A stretch of DNA of 64,000 nt, from assembly GCF_057098645.1 (NCBI RefSeq), contig NZ_CM169472.1; one strand, written 5' to 3'. The position numbers and the translations under genes were made by a program. How positions within the stretch are numbered: the first letter of the stretch is position 1; every line of letters begins with the position of its first letter. The notes beneath the pieces were generated by a model that saw nothing but the letters and a program-made list of their open reading frames with translations, did not search any database and had not been told where the DNA came from. This document shows positions 49,401 to 58,573 of the stretch, piece by piece.

Positions 49401-52400
49401 CCTGGCGTTGGGAGAACATGGACATCGCGCGCGTGCAGGGCGCAGAACACACGGGGCTGCTTAGCCGTGAAGATCGCGAAGCCACCGAAAAATCGTTCTA
49501 CCGCGGCAACCAACCGTGGAATATCAACCTGTTGTCGGCAACACCGACGCTGGAGATGGGTATTGACGTTGGGGATCTTTCCACCGTTTTACTCTGTTCT
49601 GTCCCACCTGCTCAGGCCAACTACTTGCAACGTATTGGTCGCGCCGGTCGTAAAGATGGTAACGCGTTAAACATTACCGTGGCAGAAGGGAACCCGCACG
49701 ATCAGTTTTTCTTTGAAGAACCACTGGAGATGATGCAGGGCCAGGTGCAGGCTCCTGGCGTCTTCCTCAATGCAACGGCTATTCTCGAACGCCAGCTGGC
49801 AGCTTTTTGTATGGATAACTGGGTGAAAACCGGTGTACCAGAATCCGCTATCTGTAAAAACGTCAAACAGATGCTGGATGAGCTGGAGTTCGGGCGTAAA
49901 TCGGGTTTTCCGTATAACTTACTGCGATATATCGAACAGCATCATGCGGAGATTGCTGCGCAATTTACGGCAATCTTCCCCGATCTTGCCGCAGAAACTC
50001 GCCAACAGCTGTTGTCTTATCTTCAGGGCGCGCCAGGACAACGCTCGCTGGTGCAGCGTATCGAAGAAGCGTTAAAACTGCTGGTGGAAGATCGCAAATC
50101 TTTGCGCTCACGCATCGATAAACTCAAGCGCAGTATCGATAAACTGGAGAACGCGCCGCGCGATCAAAACTTTGATAGCGATATGCGCGAGTTAACTTCG
50201 GAACGGCAGGCGCTGATGGCGCTGGTCAATCAAATCAACAATAAGCAAACGCTGAATTTCCTCACGGATGAAGGTCTGCTGCCTAACTACGCCTTCCCGG
50301 AAGCCGGTATTACGTTACGTTCTGTGCTCTGGCGGCGTAAAGAAGGCGGGGAAGCACGTGAATATCAAAACACCACTTTCGAATATGAACGCCCGGCATC
50401 AACGGCGCTGGCTGAGCTGGCTCCGCTGAATAATTTCTATGCCGGTGGGCATAAAGTTGAAATTGAGCAGATAGACCTGAAGGTCTCTGAGCCGGAGAAC
50501 TGGCGTATCTGTAGCCACTGTAACTACAGCGAAAATATCGACCAGACGGGCGACCAGCATAAATATTGCCCGAAATGTGGCACACCGGGGTGGGCCGATG
50601 CCGGACAAAAAACCACGCTGCTGAAACTTCGCCAGGTTTATGCCCGCGCCAGCGCACGTGATAGCCAGATCAGCGACGAGAGCGACAGCCGTGAACCTGC
50701 TTTCTTCCAGCGTCAGCTATTGGTTAGTTTCGAAAAAGAAGATGTATCGGCGGCATACGCGATTGAGGAAGGCGAAGTTCCGTTTGGTTTTGAATTTTTA
50801 AGCAAAGTCACCCTGCGGGATATCAACTTCGGCAAAATGGCGGATGATGCCAATGAGTTGATGATTGCCGGAGAAGCGAAGAAGCGAACCGGGTTTAAAG
50901 TTTGCCTCGGGTGCGGCATGGTGCAGCGTCCTCGCGATCATGAACCACGTCATGATTTGAGCTGCAAATATCGCACGGAACCGGAAAAGGCGAAGTTCGA
51001 AGATTATCTCTACCTCTATCGCCAGCTGGAGTCAGAAGCGTTGCGTATTCTGCTCCCGGTAAGCAGTTACAGTAATGACCGTGTCGTGGAGGCTTCTCTT
51101 GGGGCGGCGATCCAGCTCGGTCTTAAACATTACTTCAAGGGGAATGTCGATCACCTGAAAGGCGTTGTGTACCGCGAGCCGGAAAATGAAGGCGAATCCT
51201 GGCGGCAGTATCTGGTGATTTACGATACCGTCCCGGGGGGGACTGGTTCTCTTAAAGAACTGATGCGCACTCCCGACAATTTGCTGAAATTACTTGAACT
51301 GGCCTATCAGGCAATAGTGGAATGCAGTTGCAACAATGATACGCATAAAGATGGTTGTTATCGTTGCGTTTACGCTTACCGTGACCGTGGGCGCATGAAG
51401 TATGTCTCCCGCGATCAGGCGCGTCTCTTGCTGGCGAAAATTTTGCAGGCAAGAGATTCGATACGGGTAATTGATTCCATCAAAAACATTTCCCTCGAAG
51501 CCATGATGGGCAGTGAGCTGGAAAAACGGTTTATTAGCTGCCTGCAAGAAAATAAAAACCTGATTGTCAGTCGCAGTTACGCGCATCAGGGCGCTGGGTG
51601 GATTATTAACACCCGCAGCGAACCGATGATGAGCTGGCATCTTAAAGCTCAGGTGGATTTAGGCGCTAAAGAGGCGGTGGGGATCCCTTGTCGCCCGGAT
51701 TACGTGCTATATCCGCTTATGCAGTCTGATGCCATTAAACCGGTGGTTATTTTCCTTGATGGCTTTGCGTTCCACAAAAATAGCGTCGCAGAGGATGTGC
51801 AAAAACGCCAGGCGATTCGGGATAGCGGTAATTTCTGGGTGTGGACAGTCACGTGGGCCGATCTCAAAGAGCCTGGGCTTAAACATGTTCAGGATGTCCT
51901 GGGACTTGGGCATAACCCGGATATGAAACAGCCTAAGTTTTATAACCTGTTTCATGATACCAACTTTGCGGCCCTTGAAGCGTCGTTCCGGGAACGCAAC
52001 AGTTTTGCACTGCTGCTGGATTATCTCGCCGATCCGGGCGGAAGAACGCAGTTATGGCAGAGAATGGCTGCTGCACATGCCTGGGTGTGGTTGGATGTGA
52101 AGAAGTCACAGGACGCGGGAACGAAACAAAAGTATGCCTATGAAATGCAGGAAAACGCGCCAGCCTGGCGGCTAGCAGAGCTTTTGCCAGACGAACCGTT
52201 TGTCTTTGGTGGTTTACTCGATAGCTGTAACTCATCGCAGCAATTTATTGAGCTGGCTTCGGTGTTGCCACAACAAGCCATTAAACCGACGACCAGCGTC
52301 GCACAAATGCGCAGCTGGCTGCGTTTGCATATCTGTTTTGACGATCGCTATACGCAGGATGACGGTTATGAAGCGGGACTCAATGGCTTCTGGCGACTGG

Positions 52401-52798
52401 TAAACCTGTTACAGTTCCTGCCGGATATGACCTTTACCAGCCGTAAAGCCGTGCATTTACCGCAGGAAAGCGTTGACACTAAAGTTTCGGCAACGCCAGA
52501 GGCAGTACCAGAGACTGATGAGAGTTGGGCTGAGATTATTGAGTTTGGCTTATTAAGCGCTGAAGAGATCGCGTTGCTTCAGTCTCATTCTCTCTCTGCG
52601 CCGACTCTCGGCTACGAATTGCAAAATGATGAAGGTGAAATTATTGCGGAAGCCGATCTCGCCTGGCCATCACAAAAATGGGCATTGATTATTGATAATC
52701 AAGAATTTATTCCATTATTCACAACCAGGGGTTGGCACGTTGCATTCGGGCCAATTGACGAAAATACATTGCAACATCTGTCCGGAGGTGACAAATGA
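46457..52798 (+). CDS. Second giant DEAD/DEAH-box helicase with C-terminal Cys-rich (DUF1998-like) region; DrmA/DrmB-fusion-like or DruE-like
   Basis: 2113 aa; motif I ATGTGSGKTECF, motif II VVDELHTFDG, motif VI QRIGRAGRKDG at about aa 1060, zinc-ribbon-like CSHCNYS..CPKCG and CSCNN..CYRC; ATG overlaps the MTase stop (TGATG). Confidence 0.75.
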   Translation: MLPSVVSRQVADSVAAFLRAAFPLNSPLFNGENNDNVSMLEQFLAQPETLLKGPYLSAQLPFRKSDLPLNFFPNLTLPFPPHAHQARAFQRLGSDAPQPTLVATGTGSGKTECFMFPLLNHCAGASHAGVKAIIIYPMNALATDQASRFAKTIASDPQLHGKVTVGLFVGDSEIEPSKKMSAEKVITCKHTLRESPPDILLTNYKMLDYLLMRPGDQPLWRYNQPGSLRYLVVDELHTFDGAQGSDLACLVRRLKHHIGVDNQRFACVGTSATVGDELGQLLDYAKTIFDQPFTDDAVIREDRYTAAEYLQDYAIAYSQYPGPEAASALDPQSYSTPVAYLNGQIPLWFPDSDLQLPDDLESDDGREKRIALGSLLRRHSVMHVLLHDLQGGILSERECLENLQVMLAESADHARRVLQSILALIAQARLEVPETEHDRQKRLQAKKARPVLPFVQLRSQLWLREMRRLVASVAKTPRLVFADDVAVEDREHYLPVIHCRDCHATGWASLRHGQSVQLETDLDGIYRQFFEKGRSIVLAFPDNNEKAVSGAHQKLCPTCLKLNRQSSVQCGHCGHTELLQVLIPDMLKERKDELEFANECPYCNSKQGISILGSRAASLSAVMIHQLYGSQFNEHKKLITFSDSVQDAAHRASFFTARTWPLMIRGQIASVLGEKETLPLDAFAARVCQQTRERSPDDAHFAANFIAPNMQWLNDYQTLKNEGKLAENSDLPELVSLRLDWEVYSEFTLRARIGRTLEATGYAVAGVDKDRFNPAITALHQQLCEELGDEMSGVSVEQVAHLALGVIWYQRQAGAVMHPAFESYRRDGTTFMMTQKERTSRYMPSIGPKTRKPAYASFEKINGFHRLIGAKSNPSWYQHWINRTLSNGNNLFISSVAETVLRRLFTALKIAGVVKDFDTKGREAWGLVPSALVVSRDVVQLNCSCCREVVRAPADQGWQWRNAPCLSLRCEGRYLEVDNMATWRWENMDIARVQGAEHTGLLSREDREATEKSFYRGNQPWNINLLSATPTLEMGIDVGDLSTVLLCSVPPAQANYLQRIGRAGRKDGNALNITVAEGNPHDQFFFEEPLEMMQGQVQAPGVFLNATAILERQLAAFCMDNWVKTGVPESAICKNVKQMLDELEFGRKSGFPYNLLRYIEQHHAEIAAQFTAIFPDLAAETRQQLLSYLQGAPGQRSLVQRIEEALKLLVEDRKSLRSRIDKLKRSIDKLENAPRDQNFDSDMRELTSERQALMALVNQINNKQTLNFLTDEGLLPNYAFPEAGITLRSVLWRRKEGGEAREYQNTTFEYERPASTALAELAPLNNFYAGGHKVEIEQIDLKVSEPENWRICSHCNYSENIDQTGDQHKYCPKCGTPGWADAGQKTTLLKLRQVYARASARDSQISDESDSREPAFFQRQLLVSFEKEDVSAAYAIEEGEVPFGFEFLSKVTLRDINFGKMADDANELMIAGEAKKRTGFKVCLGCGMVQRPRDHEPRHDLSCKYRTEPEKAKFEDYLYLYRQLESEALRILLPVSSYSNDRVVEASLGAAIQLGLKHYFKGNVDHLKGVVYREPENEGESWRQYLVIYDTVPGGTGSLKELMRTPDNLLKLLELAYQAIVECSCNNDTHKDGCYRCVYAYRDRGRMKYVSRDQARLLLAKILQARDSIRVIDSIKNISLEAMMGSELEKRFISCLQENKNLIVSRSYAHQGAGWIINTRSEPMMSWHLKAQVDLGAKEAVGIPCRPDYVLYPLMQSDAIKPVVIFLDGFAFHKNSVAEDVQKRQAIRDSGNFWVWTVTWADLKEPGLKHVQDVLGLGHNPDMKQPKFYNLFHDTNFAALEASFRERNSFALLLDYLADPGGRTQLWQRMAAAHAWVWLDVKKSQDAGTKQKYAYEMQENAPAWRLAELLPDEPFVFGGLLDSCNSSQQFIELASVLPQQAIKPTTSVAQMRSWLRLHICFDDRYTQDDGYEAGLNGFWRLVNLLQFLPDMTFTSRKAVHLPQESVDTKVSATPEAVPETDESWAEIIEFGLLSAEEIALLQSHSLSAPTLGYELQNDEGEIIAEADLAWPSQKWALIIDNQEFIPLFTTRGWHVAFGPIDENTLQHLSGGDK

Positions 52799-54909
52799 CG
52801 GTGCAAACGCCCAAGGTGGCACTTTCTGATGGTTTTCTGGGCGCATTCGCGCGGATCCCAAAGGCACAGCAAAAAAAGGTGCAGGAATTCATCTCCAAAT
52901 TCCGTCAGGACCCGACCAGTAATGGACTTAACTATGAAAAGATCCACGATGCGCGCAGTAAAAATGTCCATTCGGTGCGAATCGATCAAACTTATCGCGG
53001 CATTGTTCTGAAACCTGAACAGGGTGCCCTGTATATGCTGATGTGGGTGGATAAACACGACGAAGCATACGACTGGGCGCGGCGGCATGATTGTTCGATT
53101 CACCCGGTTACCGGCGCGATTCAGGTCATTGATATTAGCTATATCAAACCGGCACCGGAAGCGGTGGTTGATAAACCGAAACTCTTCGCGGCTTACAGCG
53201 CGGAACAGATTCTGGCCCTGGGCGTGCCGCCTGTCTTTATTGATCAGGTGATGGCGCTTACCGATGAAGCCGGGCTTAATCAACTTGAAAGCATAATGCC
53301 AGCAGAAGCCTGGGAACCTCTGCACTGGCTGGCAGAAGGGCTGGATTACCAGGAAGTGCTGGAAGAGTTTAACGATCATCATGATGAGCCTGTTGATACC
53401 AACGACTTTATGGAGGCGATTGAACGAAGTAAACGTCGCTTCCATGTCGTTGAAAATGAACAGGAGCTGTTGCAGATGCTTAATGCGCCTTTAGAAAAAT
53501 GGCGTGTATTTCTGCATCCGAGCCAGCGAAAACTGGTGGAGTCGCCCGCTAATGGTCCGGTACGAGTACTGGGCGGTGCAGGTACAGGGAAAACGGTTGT
53601 TGCGATGCACCGTGCGCGGTGGTTATCTCAGCGTCTGGCAGATAAACCCGGTAAGAAGGTACTTTTCACGACCTTTACGCGTAACCTGGCGGCAGATATT
53701 CGCGCTAATCTCCAGCGGTTGTGTACGCGAGAAGAGATGGCGCGTATTGACGTCGTTAACATTGATGCCTGGATGAGCGACCAACTAAAACGCCACGGTT
53801 ATGATTTCCGCGTGGTATACGACAGCGATGAAGGGCGACGCAAATGCTGGAACTATGCCTTGCAGCAGGCACCTGCCGAACTGGGGCTACCTGACAATTT
53901 CTATGCTGAAGAGTGGCAACGCGTTGTCCAGCCAAATGCGGTTTACACCCGGGAGGAATACCTCAAAGTCAGCCGGGTTGGACGTGGTACAGCGTTATCC
54001 CGTATTCAACGGGCGAAAATCTGGCCAGTCTTTGAAGAATTCAGAGCACAAATGGCGCGTGCCAAACTGCGCGAAATGGGCGATGCCATGCATGAGGCTA
54101 TTGTTCTGTTTAAAGAAAAACAGGTTCAACTACCTTATAGCAGTATTGTGGTCGATGAAGCTCAAGATATCGGTGCCCCGGCATTTACTCTTATTCGCAG
54201 CCTGGTTCCCGAGTCGCCCAACGATCTGTTTATTGTCGGGGATGGGCATCAGCGTATTTATCGCAATAAGGTCGTTCTTGGTCAGTGTGGTATTAACGTC
54301 CGTGGTCGTCGCAGTAAAAAATTGAAGATTAACTATCGGACCACAGAAGAGACGCGTCAATTTGCTGTTGGGCTGTTAACTGGTGTGAAGGTTGATAACC
54401 TCGATGGCGAAGCGGATACCAGTAATGATTATTTGTCATTACTGCACGGGGAAAAGCCCATGATTACGCATGCGGCAGATTTCAAAGAAGAGGCTGCAAC
54501 GCTCGTCAAGCAAATTCAGGCATTGCTGGCGAATCAGGTTCGTTCTCAGGATATCTGCATTACTGCGCGTACTAAACATGCTTGTGACCGCTACGCATCA
54601 GCACTGAATGACGCCGGAATTGAGACATTTAATTTAGGCAATGATAGCGGTGACAGCGATGCACGCCCTGGCGTGCGGGTTGCAACGATGCACCGTATTA
54701 AAGGGCTTGAGTTCCAGTATGTGTTCCTGGTGGGGATTAACGAAGGCGTTGTGCCGGAAATAAAAGCATTAGCATCCGATGATCCCGTTGAACAGCGTGA
54801 TGCATTATTTAATGAGCGCGCGTTACTGCATGTGGCTGCAACCCGTGCCGTAAAAGGGCTGTTTGTTTCATCATCTGGTGTCCCTAGTCCGCTATTAGTG
54901 GCTGACTGA
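52795..54909 (+). CDS. UvrD/Rep-like superfamily 1 helicase with about 230-aa N-terminal domain of unknown function
   Basis: 704 aa; Walker A GGAGTGKT, motif II VVDEAQD, C-terminal TMHRIKGLEFQYVFL; start overlaps the upstream stop (ATGA). Confidence 0.75.
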   Translation: MTVQTPKVALSDGFLGAFARIPKAQQKKVQEFISKFRQDPTSNGLNYEKIHDARSKNVHSVRIDQTYRGIVLKPEQGALYMLMWVDKHDEAYDWARRHDCSIHPVTGAIQVIDISYIKPAPEAVVDKPKLFAAYSAEQILALGVPPVFIDQVMALTDEAGLNQLESIMPAEAWEPLHWLAEGLDYQEVLEEFNDHHDEPVDTNDFMEAIERSKRRFHVVENEQELLQMLNAPLEKWRVFLHPSQRKLVESPANGPVRVLGGAGTGKTVVAMHRARWLSQRLADKPGKKVLFTTFTRNLAADIRANLQRLCTREEMARIDVVNIDAWMSDQLKRHGYDFRVVYDSDEGRRKCWNYALQQAPAELGLPDNFYAEEWQRVVQPNAVYTREEYLKVSRVGRGTALSRIQRAKIWPVFEEFRAQMARAKLREMGDAMHEAIVLFKEKQVQLPYSSIVVDEAQDIGAPAFTLIRSLVPESPNDLFIVGDGHQRIYRNKVVLGQCGINVRGRRSKKLKINYRTTEETRQFAVGLLTGVKVDNLDGEADTSNDYLSLLHGEKPMITHAADFKEEAATLVKQIQALLANQVRSQDICITARTKHACDRYASALNDAGIETFNLGNDSGDSDARPGVRVATMHRIKGLEFQYVFLVGINEGVVPEIKALASDDPVEQRDALFNERALLHVAATRAVKGLFVSSSGVPSPLLVAD

Positions 54910-54925
54910 TAATATGTCCAAAACA

Positions 54926-54951
54926 GACCAGGAGCCGAAACGCTCCTGGTC
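54926..54951 (+). terminator. Stem-loop after the UvrD-like gene (weak terminator candidate)
   Basis: gaccaggagc-cgaaac-gctcctggtc hairpin 17 bp after the stop; no strong U-tract. Confidence 0.35.
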
Positions 54952-55861
54952 TATATAACCGTTCTGGCAACTGGCGATATTTATATTGCTTAGCTCCCAA
55001 CAGCCAGACAATATCAACTTAGAAATTATATTCGCTTATGCGGTTTGCATATTGCACAGTACAACCTGTTTTCTCTATATCTAACGTAACGTCAGGATGT
55101 GGATGATTTTTGGATGGGGTGACACACTGGACAAATATAGCTGGCACGAAAAGGCTGGCATTTCCAGCTGACCAATAGTCTCTGGAACCATGATGATGAT
55201 AAAATAAATATCTTAAGTTTTAAACGTATGATGCCAGGATTACCAGAATTATAAACGAATATATTAGTTCTTTTCTATTTGTTCAGGAGGGGTATAAAAA
55301 TTGCAATTGTTAATAGTATCGTCAGGACGATAAAAAGATAATCATGACAAAGGAAATTGAACTAAAATGATTGACATTTTACAGGTGGTTTGTCAGTGAT
55401 TTCTTGTTATTCATAATTTATTTTCCGTAAAAAATAGTAAGGTGATCACCTGAATAAAGGTAATCTCATATTTTGATGAGTATAGTGATTTTTTATTTCT
55501 CTGGTGAGGAATGAAGGAAATATCAATGGTAAGGAACGTCAGAGAATCAGGGAAAATTAAGGTCCCTCAGAAACACAATGCCGTTCACTTAAGCGGGGCG
55601 GCACTGTGTTTCACAGGATAACGGGTTTTTGATATCTTAACCGCCCTCGCCCTTGATGGTCGGGGGCGTTTTGTTATGAACACCACTTCCAGAGCCCCCG
55701 CAGATGCTCCAGTCGTTTCGGGATAGTCCCCGGTGACGCCGTGTTTCCCAGCACTATCATTTCTGTCACGATAAACTGGAACGCGAACTTAAAGCTGATC
55801 TCTGACGCCGCTTTTGTTGCCTCACGCCGTATCGCTCCGCTGGTAGGCGCGGTCATGGCAT

Positions 55862-56349
55862 TCAGTAGAATGTGATTCCCAGATTCATTAACGCCACCAG
55901 ACGCATGACGGGGTAGGCGCTCTGCCGCTCAGTGGATGTGTTGGCAGAGCCATAATATTCACGCAGCTCGGGTTCATCAGGTGTCCTGAACTGTGCGCCA
56001 TCAATGGCAAAAAGTTGCAGGCCGTGCCAGTCATCCTGCAGGTAACGTTCCGCGCCCCATGTCTGTGCGGTCTGGCGGAAGAGCCATTCCACCGGGGCGG
56101 CCCCCACGCGCTGACGCGCCTGGGTGACAGCGCTGCGGGCGCCAGCAGGTTCATCCCCGCTTCGCCATCCACGCTCAGGTTAAGACGACGAACGGTCGCA
56201 TGAGCAGAAAGCGTCAGGAAGTGCTGTATCCACTCGGTGGGAAGGTGCTCTGCAAACAGTTGCGTAGAGGGTGGTGGCATAAGCGGATGGTCACTGAAAG
56301 TGGTATAAGAAAATGGCCCCTTGTTGTGGAAGTCGTTATAGTGCCGCAC
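55862..56349 (-). pseudogene. IS4-family DDE transposase remnant (frameshifted fragments)
   Basis: Two overlapping short frames; ..WLFRQTAQTWGAERYLQDDWHGLQLFAIDGAQFRTPDEPEL.. has the layout of the IS4-family N-terminal catalytic region; no intact ORF or terminal inverted repeats found. Confidence 0.4.
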
Positions 56350-56402
56350 GCCGGAGGAGTTAAAAGCGCTGATGGATGCGAATAAATCAAATTAATGAAC
56401 GC

Positions 56403-57383
56403 TCACTTTTCGCGCCAAAACTGCAAAATTGCTTCTACAAACCTGTCAGAAATAATCCCCCGACGGGCTGCCGCGCTGAAATGACTGCTTCGCAGTGCCG
56501 TCGTCCAGTTCTCCGGTGACCGGTACGCTGAACCGTAATATCCCGTGCTTAAATCGTCCGGATCTTCATCAGGCGCGTTCGTTAGCCCTCTTGCACCTTG
56601 TTGCTGGAAGTCGACGAAAATAATATTAGCTAAAACATTATTTTGATAATTGCCATAAATAGCTTCATACGCATGAGGGAAATTTTCTTTCCAGTACCAG
56701 GTGGTATCGCCGCAAAACCACGGCGCGTCAGTAATATTATTAAGCTGAGAATGGTATTGTTTTAGATCCCTACGAAAGGCTTCAACCATATGATTAAAGT
56801 GTTGAGGATGTGACGCGTAGTCACTGGTCATTAAGTCAAATTCGCCTTGCATCCAGCATACGCCGAGGAATTTGTTCTGCGGATTTTTTGTCAGTGCGGC
56901 TCGCGTTCTGCTGACTAAATCCTGGTATAGCGGAGTATCCGTTCCCCAACGACAAGCATCATGGCTGGCTCCGTGCCGTTCTGAATATGTCCCTTCGCTG
57001 CCTGCGGTAAAAGCCGATCCGCCACGGCAACATGGAACGATGAGAACCCCTGCGTTAACAGGAATAAAGGGCAGTAATTTCCGTGCAATATGCAGTGCCT
57101 GGCCAACGGTGCCGTACTGTGTTTGATGATTCGTTGCCAGAGGATGGTGATAACCCTGCATATCCTGAACATCGTGTGGGCAGTGAGTCATTGGAATAAT
57201 GTCGTTAAAGTGACATGACGGGCCTCCGGGATGCGTATGCGCAAATCTCGCTAATTGTTTAATTCTGGGATGAGGCGCATCTTCCCTGTCCGGTAATGGC
57301 AGTCCTTCGCCATACGCCATGGCATTAGACTGACCAGCAACGGTAAGAACATAGTAATAATCAGGCGATATTATTGCGTTCAT
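56403..57383 (-). CDS. nanS: 9-O-acetyl-N-acetylneuraminate esterase NanS
   Basis: MNAIISPDYYYVLTVAGQSNAMAYGEGLPLPDREDAPHPRIKQLARFAH... matches NanS (YjhS) as recalled; ATG at 57381-57383. Confidence 0.9.
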   Translation of the reverse strand: MNAIISPDYYYVLTVAGQSNAMAYGEGLPLPDREDAPHPRIKQLARFAHTHPGGPSCHFNDIIPMTHCPHDVQDMQGYHHPLATNHQTQYGTVGQALHIARKLLPFIPVNAGVLIVPCCRGGSAFTAGSEGTYSERHGASHDACRWGTDTPLYQDLVSRTRAALTKNPQNKFLGVCWMQGEFDLMTSDYASHPQHFNHMVEAFRRDLKQYHSQLNNITDAPWFCGDTTWYWKENFPHAYEAIYGNYQNNVLANIIFVDFQQQGARGLTNAPDEDPDDLSTGYYGSAYRSPENWTTALRSSHFSAAARRGIISDRFVEAILQFWREK

Positions 57384-57447
57384 ATAAATTTCGCGTAATT
57401 GAAATGACAAATTGATAGCAGGGCCCCTTTACTGGGGCCCTGAAGCG

Positions 57448-58554
57448 TTAGTTTTGTACTGTGACTTTATTATCCTTCACAGAGATCAAAACTGAATCCG
57501 TCACCGCTTTGCCGCCTGCAGTTTCACCGCCAATAATCAATAGACTATTATTCCAGGGCAATGATACTCCGTAAGCCCGACCTTGCGATAATTCACCCGA
57601 TTTATCCCATTTCCCGTTATGCCAAAGATGAATATCAGTGCTATATGATTTTTTCAGGCCTTCATGCGCATAGTTCTTACCGTTTTGGTAATTTTCTCGT
57701 GAACCTTTGAATCCGGCCCCTCCGGCAAATATAAGAGAATCATTGCTTATCCCCGCAAAACCGCCAGCGACGCCATCTGGTGATGAGACGGGAGCAAGCT
57801 TATTCCATTTTAAATTATTACCGGTGAAATCAAGTTCAAATACGGCATCCGTTCGCAATCCTGGTTTGGCTTCGCCATTAATAAGCCAGGTTTTATCACC
57901 TTTATTCACAACCGCCGCACCAGCCGTCCCGTACCAGGGAGATTCGCCAGCGTAACTCCATTGCTGTGTAGAGGGATCAAAAGACAACAGAAACTTATTA
58001 AAGAAATAATCTTCTGCTTTTTTGTCAAAATAGTGTGCATTGATTTTATCTATAGCGGTTGAATCTTTTCCAGTTTCGTTGAGATCTTCAAAATAGCCAT
58101 TGAAGATATTCTGGTTAACACCGCCAGTAACATAAGCCTTGCCGTTGTGTACAAAAGTCACATGGCCCGCCATGCCCATCGGCGCGTGCGACATCAATTT
58201 AACCCAGCTATTGGTTTTGGGGTTGTATTTGTGTACGTCATTAAATACCTGAGTCAAGCCCTCGCTGTTTTTGCCAATGCCGCCAAACACATACAGATTG
58301 CCATCAATAAATGCAGAGGTTGCTTGATCTCTTGGTCCGCCAGGGAATGCAGCTAACGCTGTCCATTTTTTATCTTTGGCCTGTGTATCCAGCTTGTACC
58401 ATGCCGTACCTGCGCTACCTAAACCAATGTAGACAGTGTCGTTATCAATTGCTCCGGTACCACTTTTAAATGGCACAGGAGTTTCCGGTAATACAGACGC
58501 GTTTGCGGCAAATGAAGCCATCATGATAGCAAGCGCCGTTATTGTTTTATTCAT
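57448..58554 (-). CDS. nanM: N-acetylneuraminate mutarotase NanM (Kelch-repeat periplasmic protein)
   Basis: MNKTITALAIMMASFAANASVLPETPVPFKSGTGAIDNDTVYIGLGSAG... with signal peptide and Kelch repeats; ATG 58552-58554. Confidence 0.9.
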   Translation of the reverse strand: MNKTITALAIMMASFAANASVLPETPVPFKSGTGAIDNDTVYIGLGSAGTAWYKLDTQAKDKKWTALAAFPGGPRDQATSAFIDGNLYVFGGIGKNSEGLTQVFNDVHKYNPKTNSWVKLMSHAPMGMAGHVTFVHNGKAYVTGGVNQNIFNGYFEDLNETGKDSTAIDKINAHYFDKKAEDYFFNKFLLSFDPSTQQWSYAGESPWYGTAGAAVVNKGDKTWLINGEAKPGLRTDAVFELDFTGNNLKWNKLAPVSSPDGVAGGFAGISNDSLIFAGGAGFKGSRENYQNGKNYAHEGLKKSYSTDIHLWHNGKWDKSGELSQGRAYGVSLPWNNSLLIIGGETAGGKAVTDSVLISVKDNKVTVQN

Positions 58555-58573
58555 TGTGACTGTCTCCTGTCTA

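Noticed and set aside
52699-53445. 248-aa minus-strand ORF overlapping the start of the UvrD-like gene
   Set aside because: It is antisense to two translationally coupled genes; no independent support.
54952-55670. AT-rich 0.7-kb stretch after the UvrD-like gene as a possible small gene or sRNA
   Set aside because: No ORF with an RBS, no convincing promoter-terminator pair and no recognisable structure; left unannotated.
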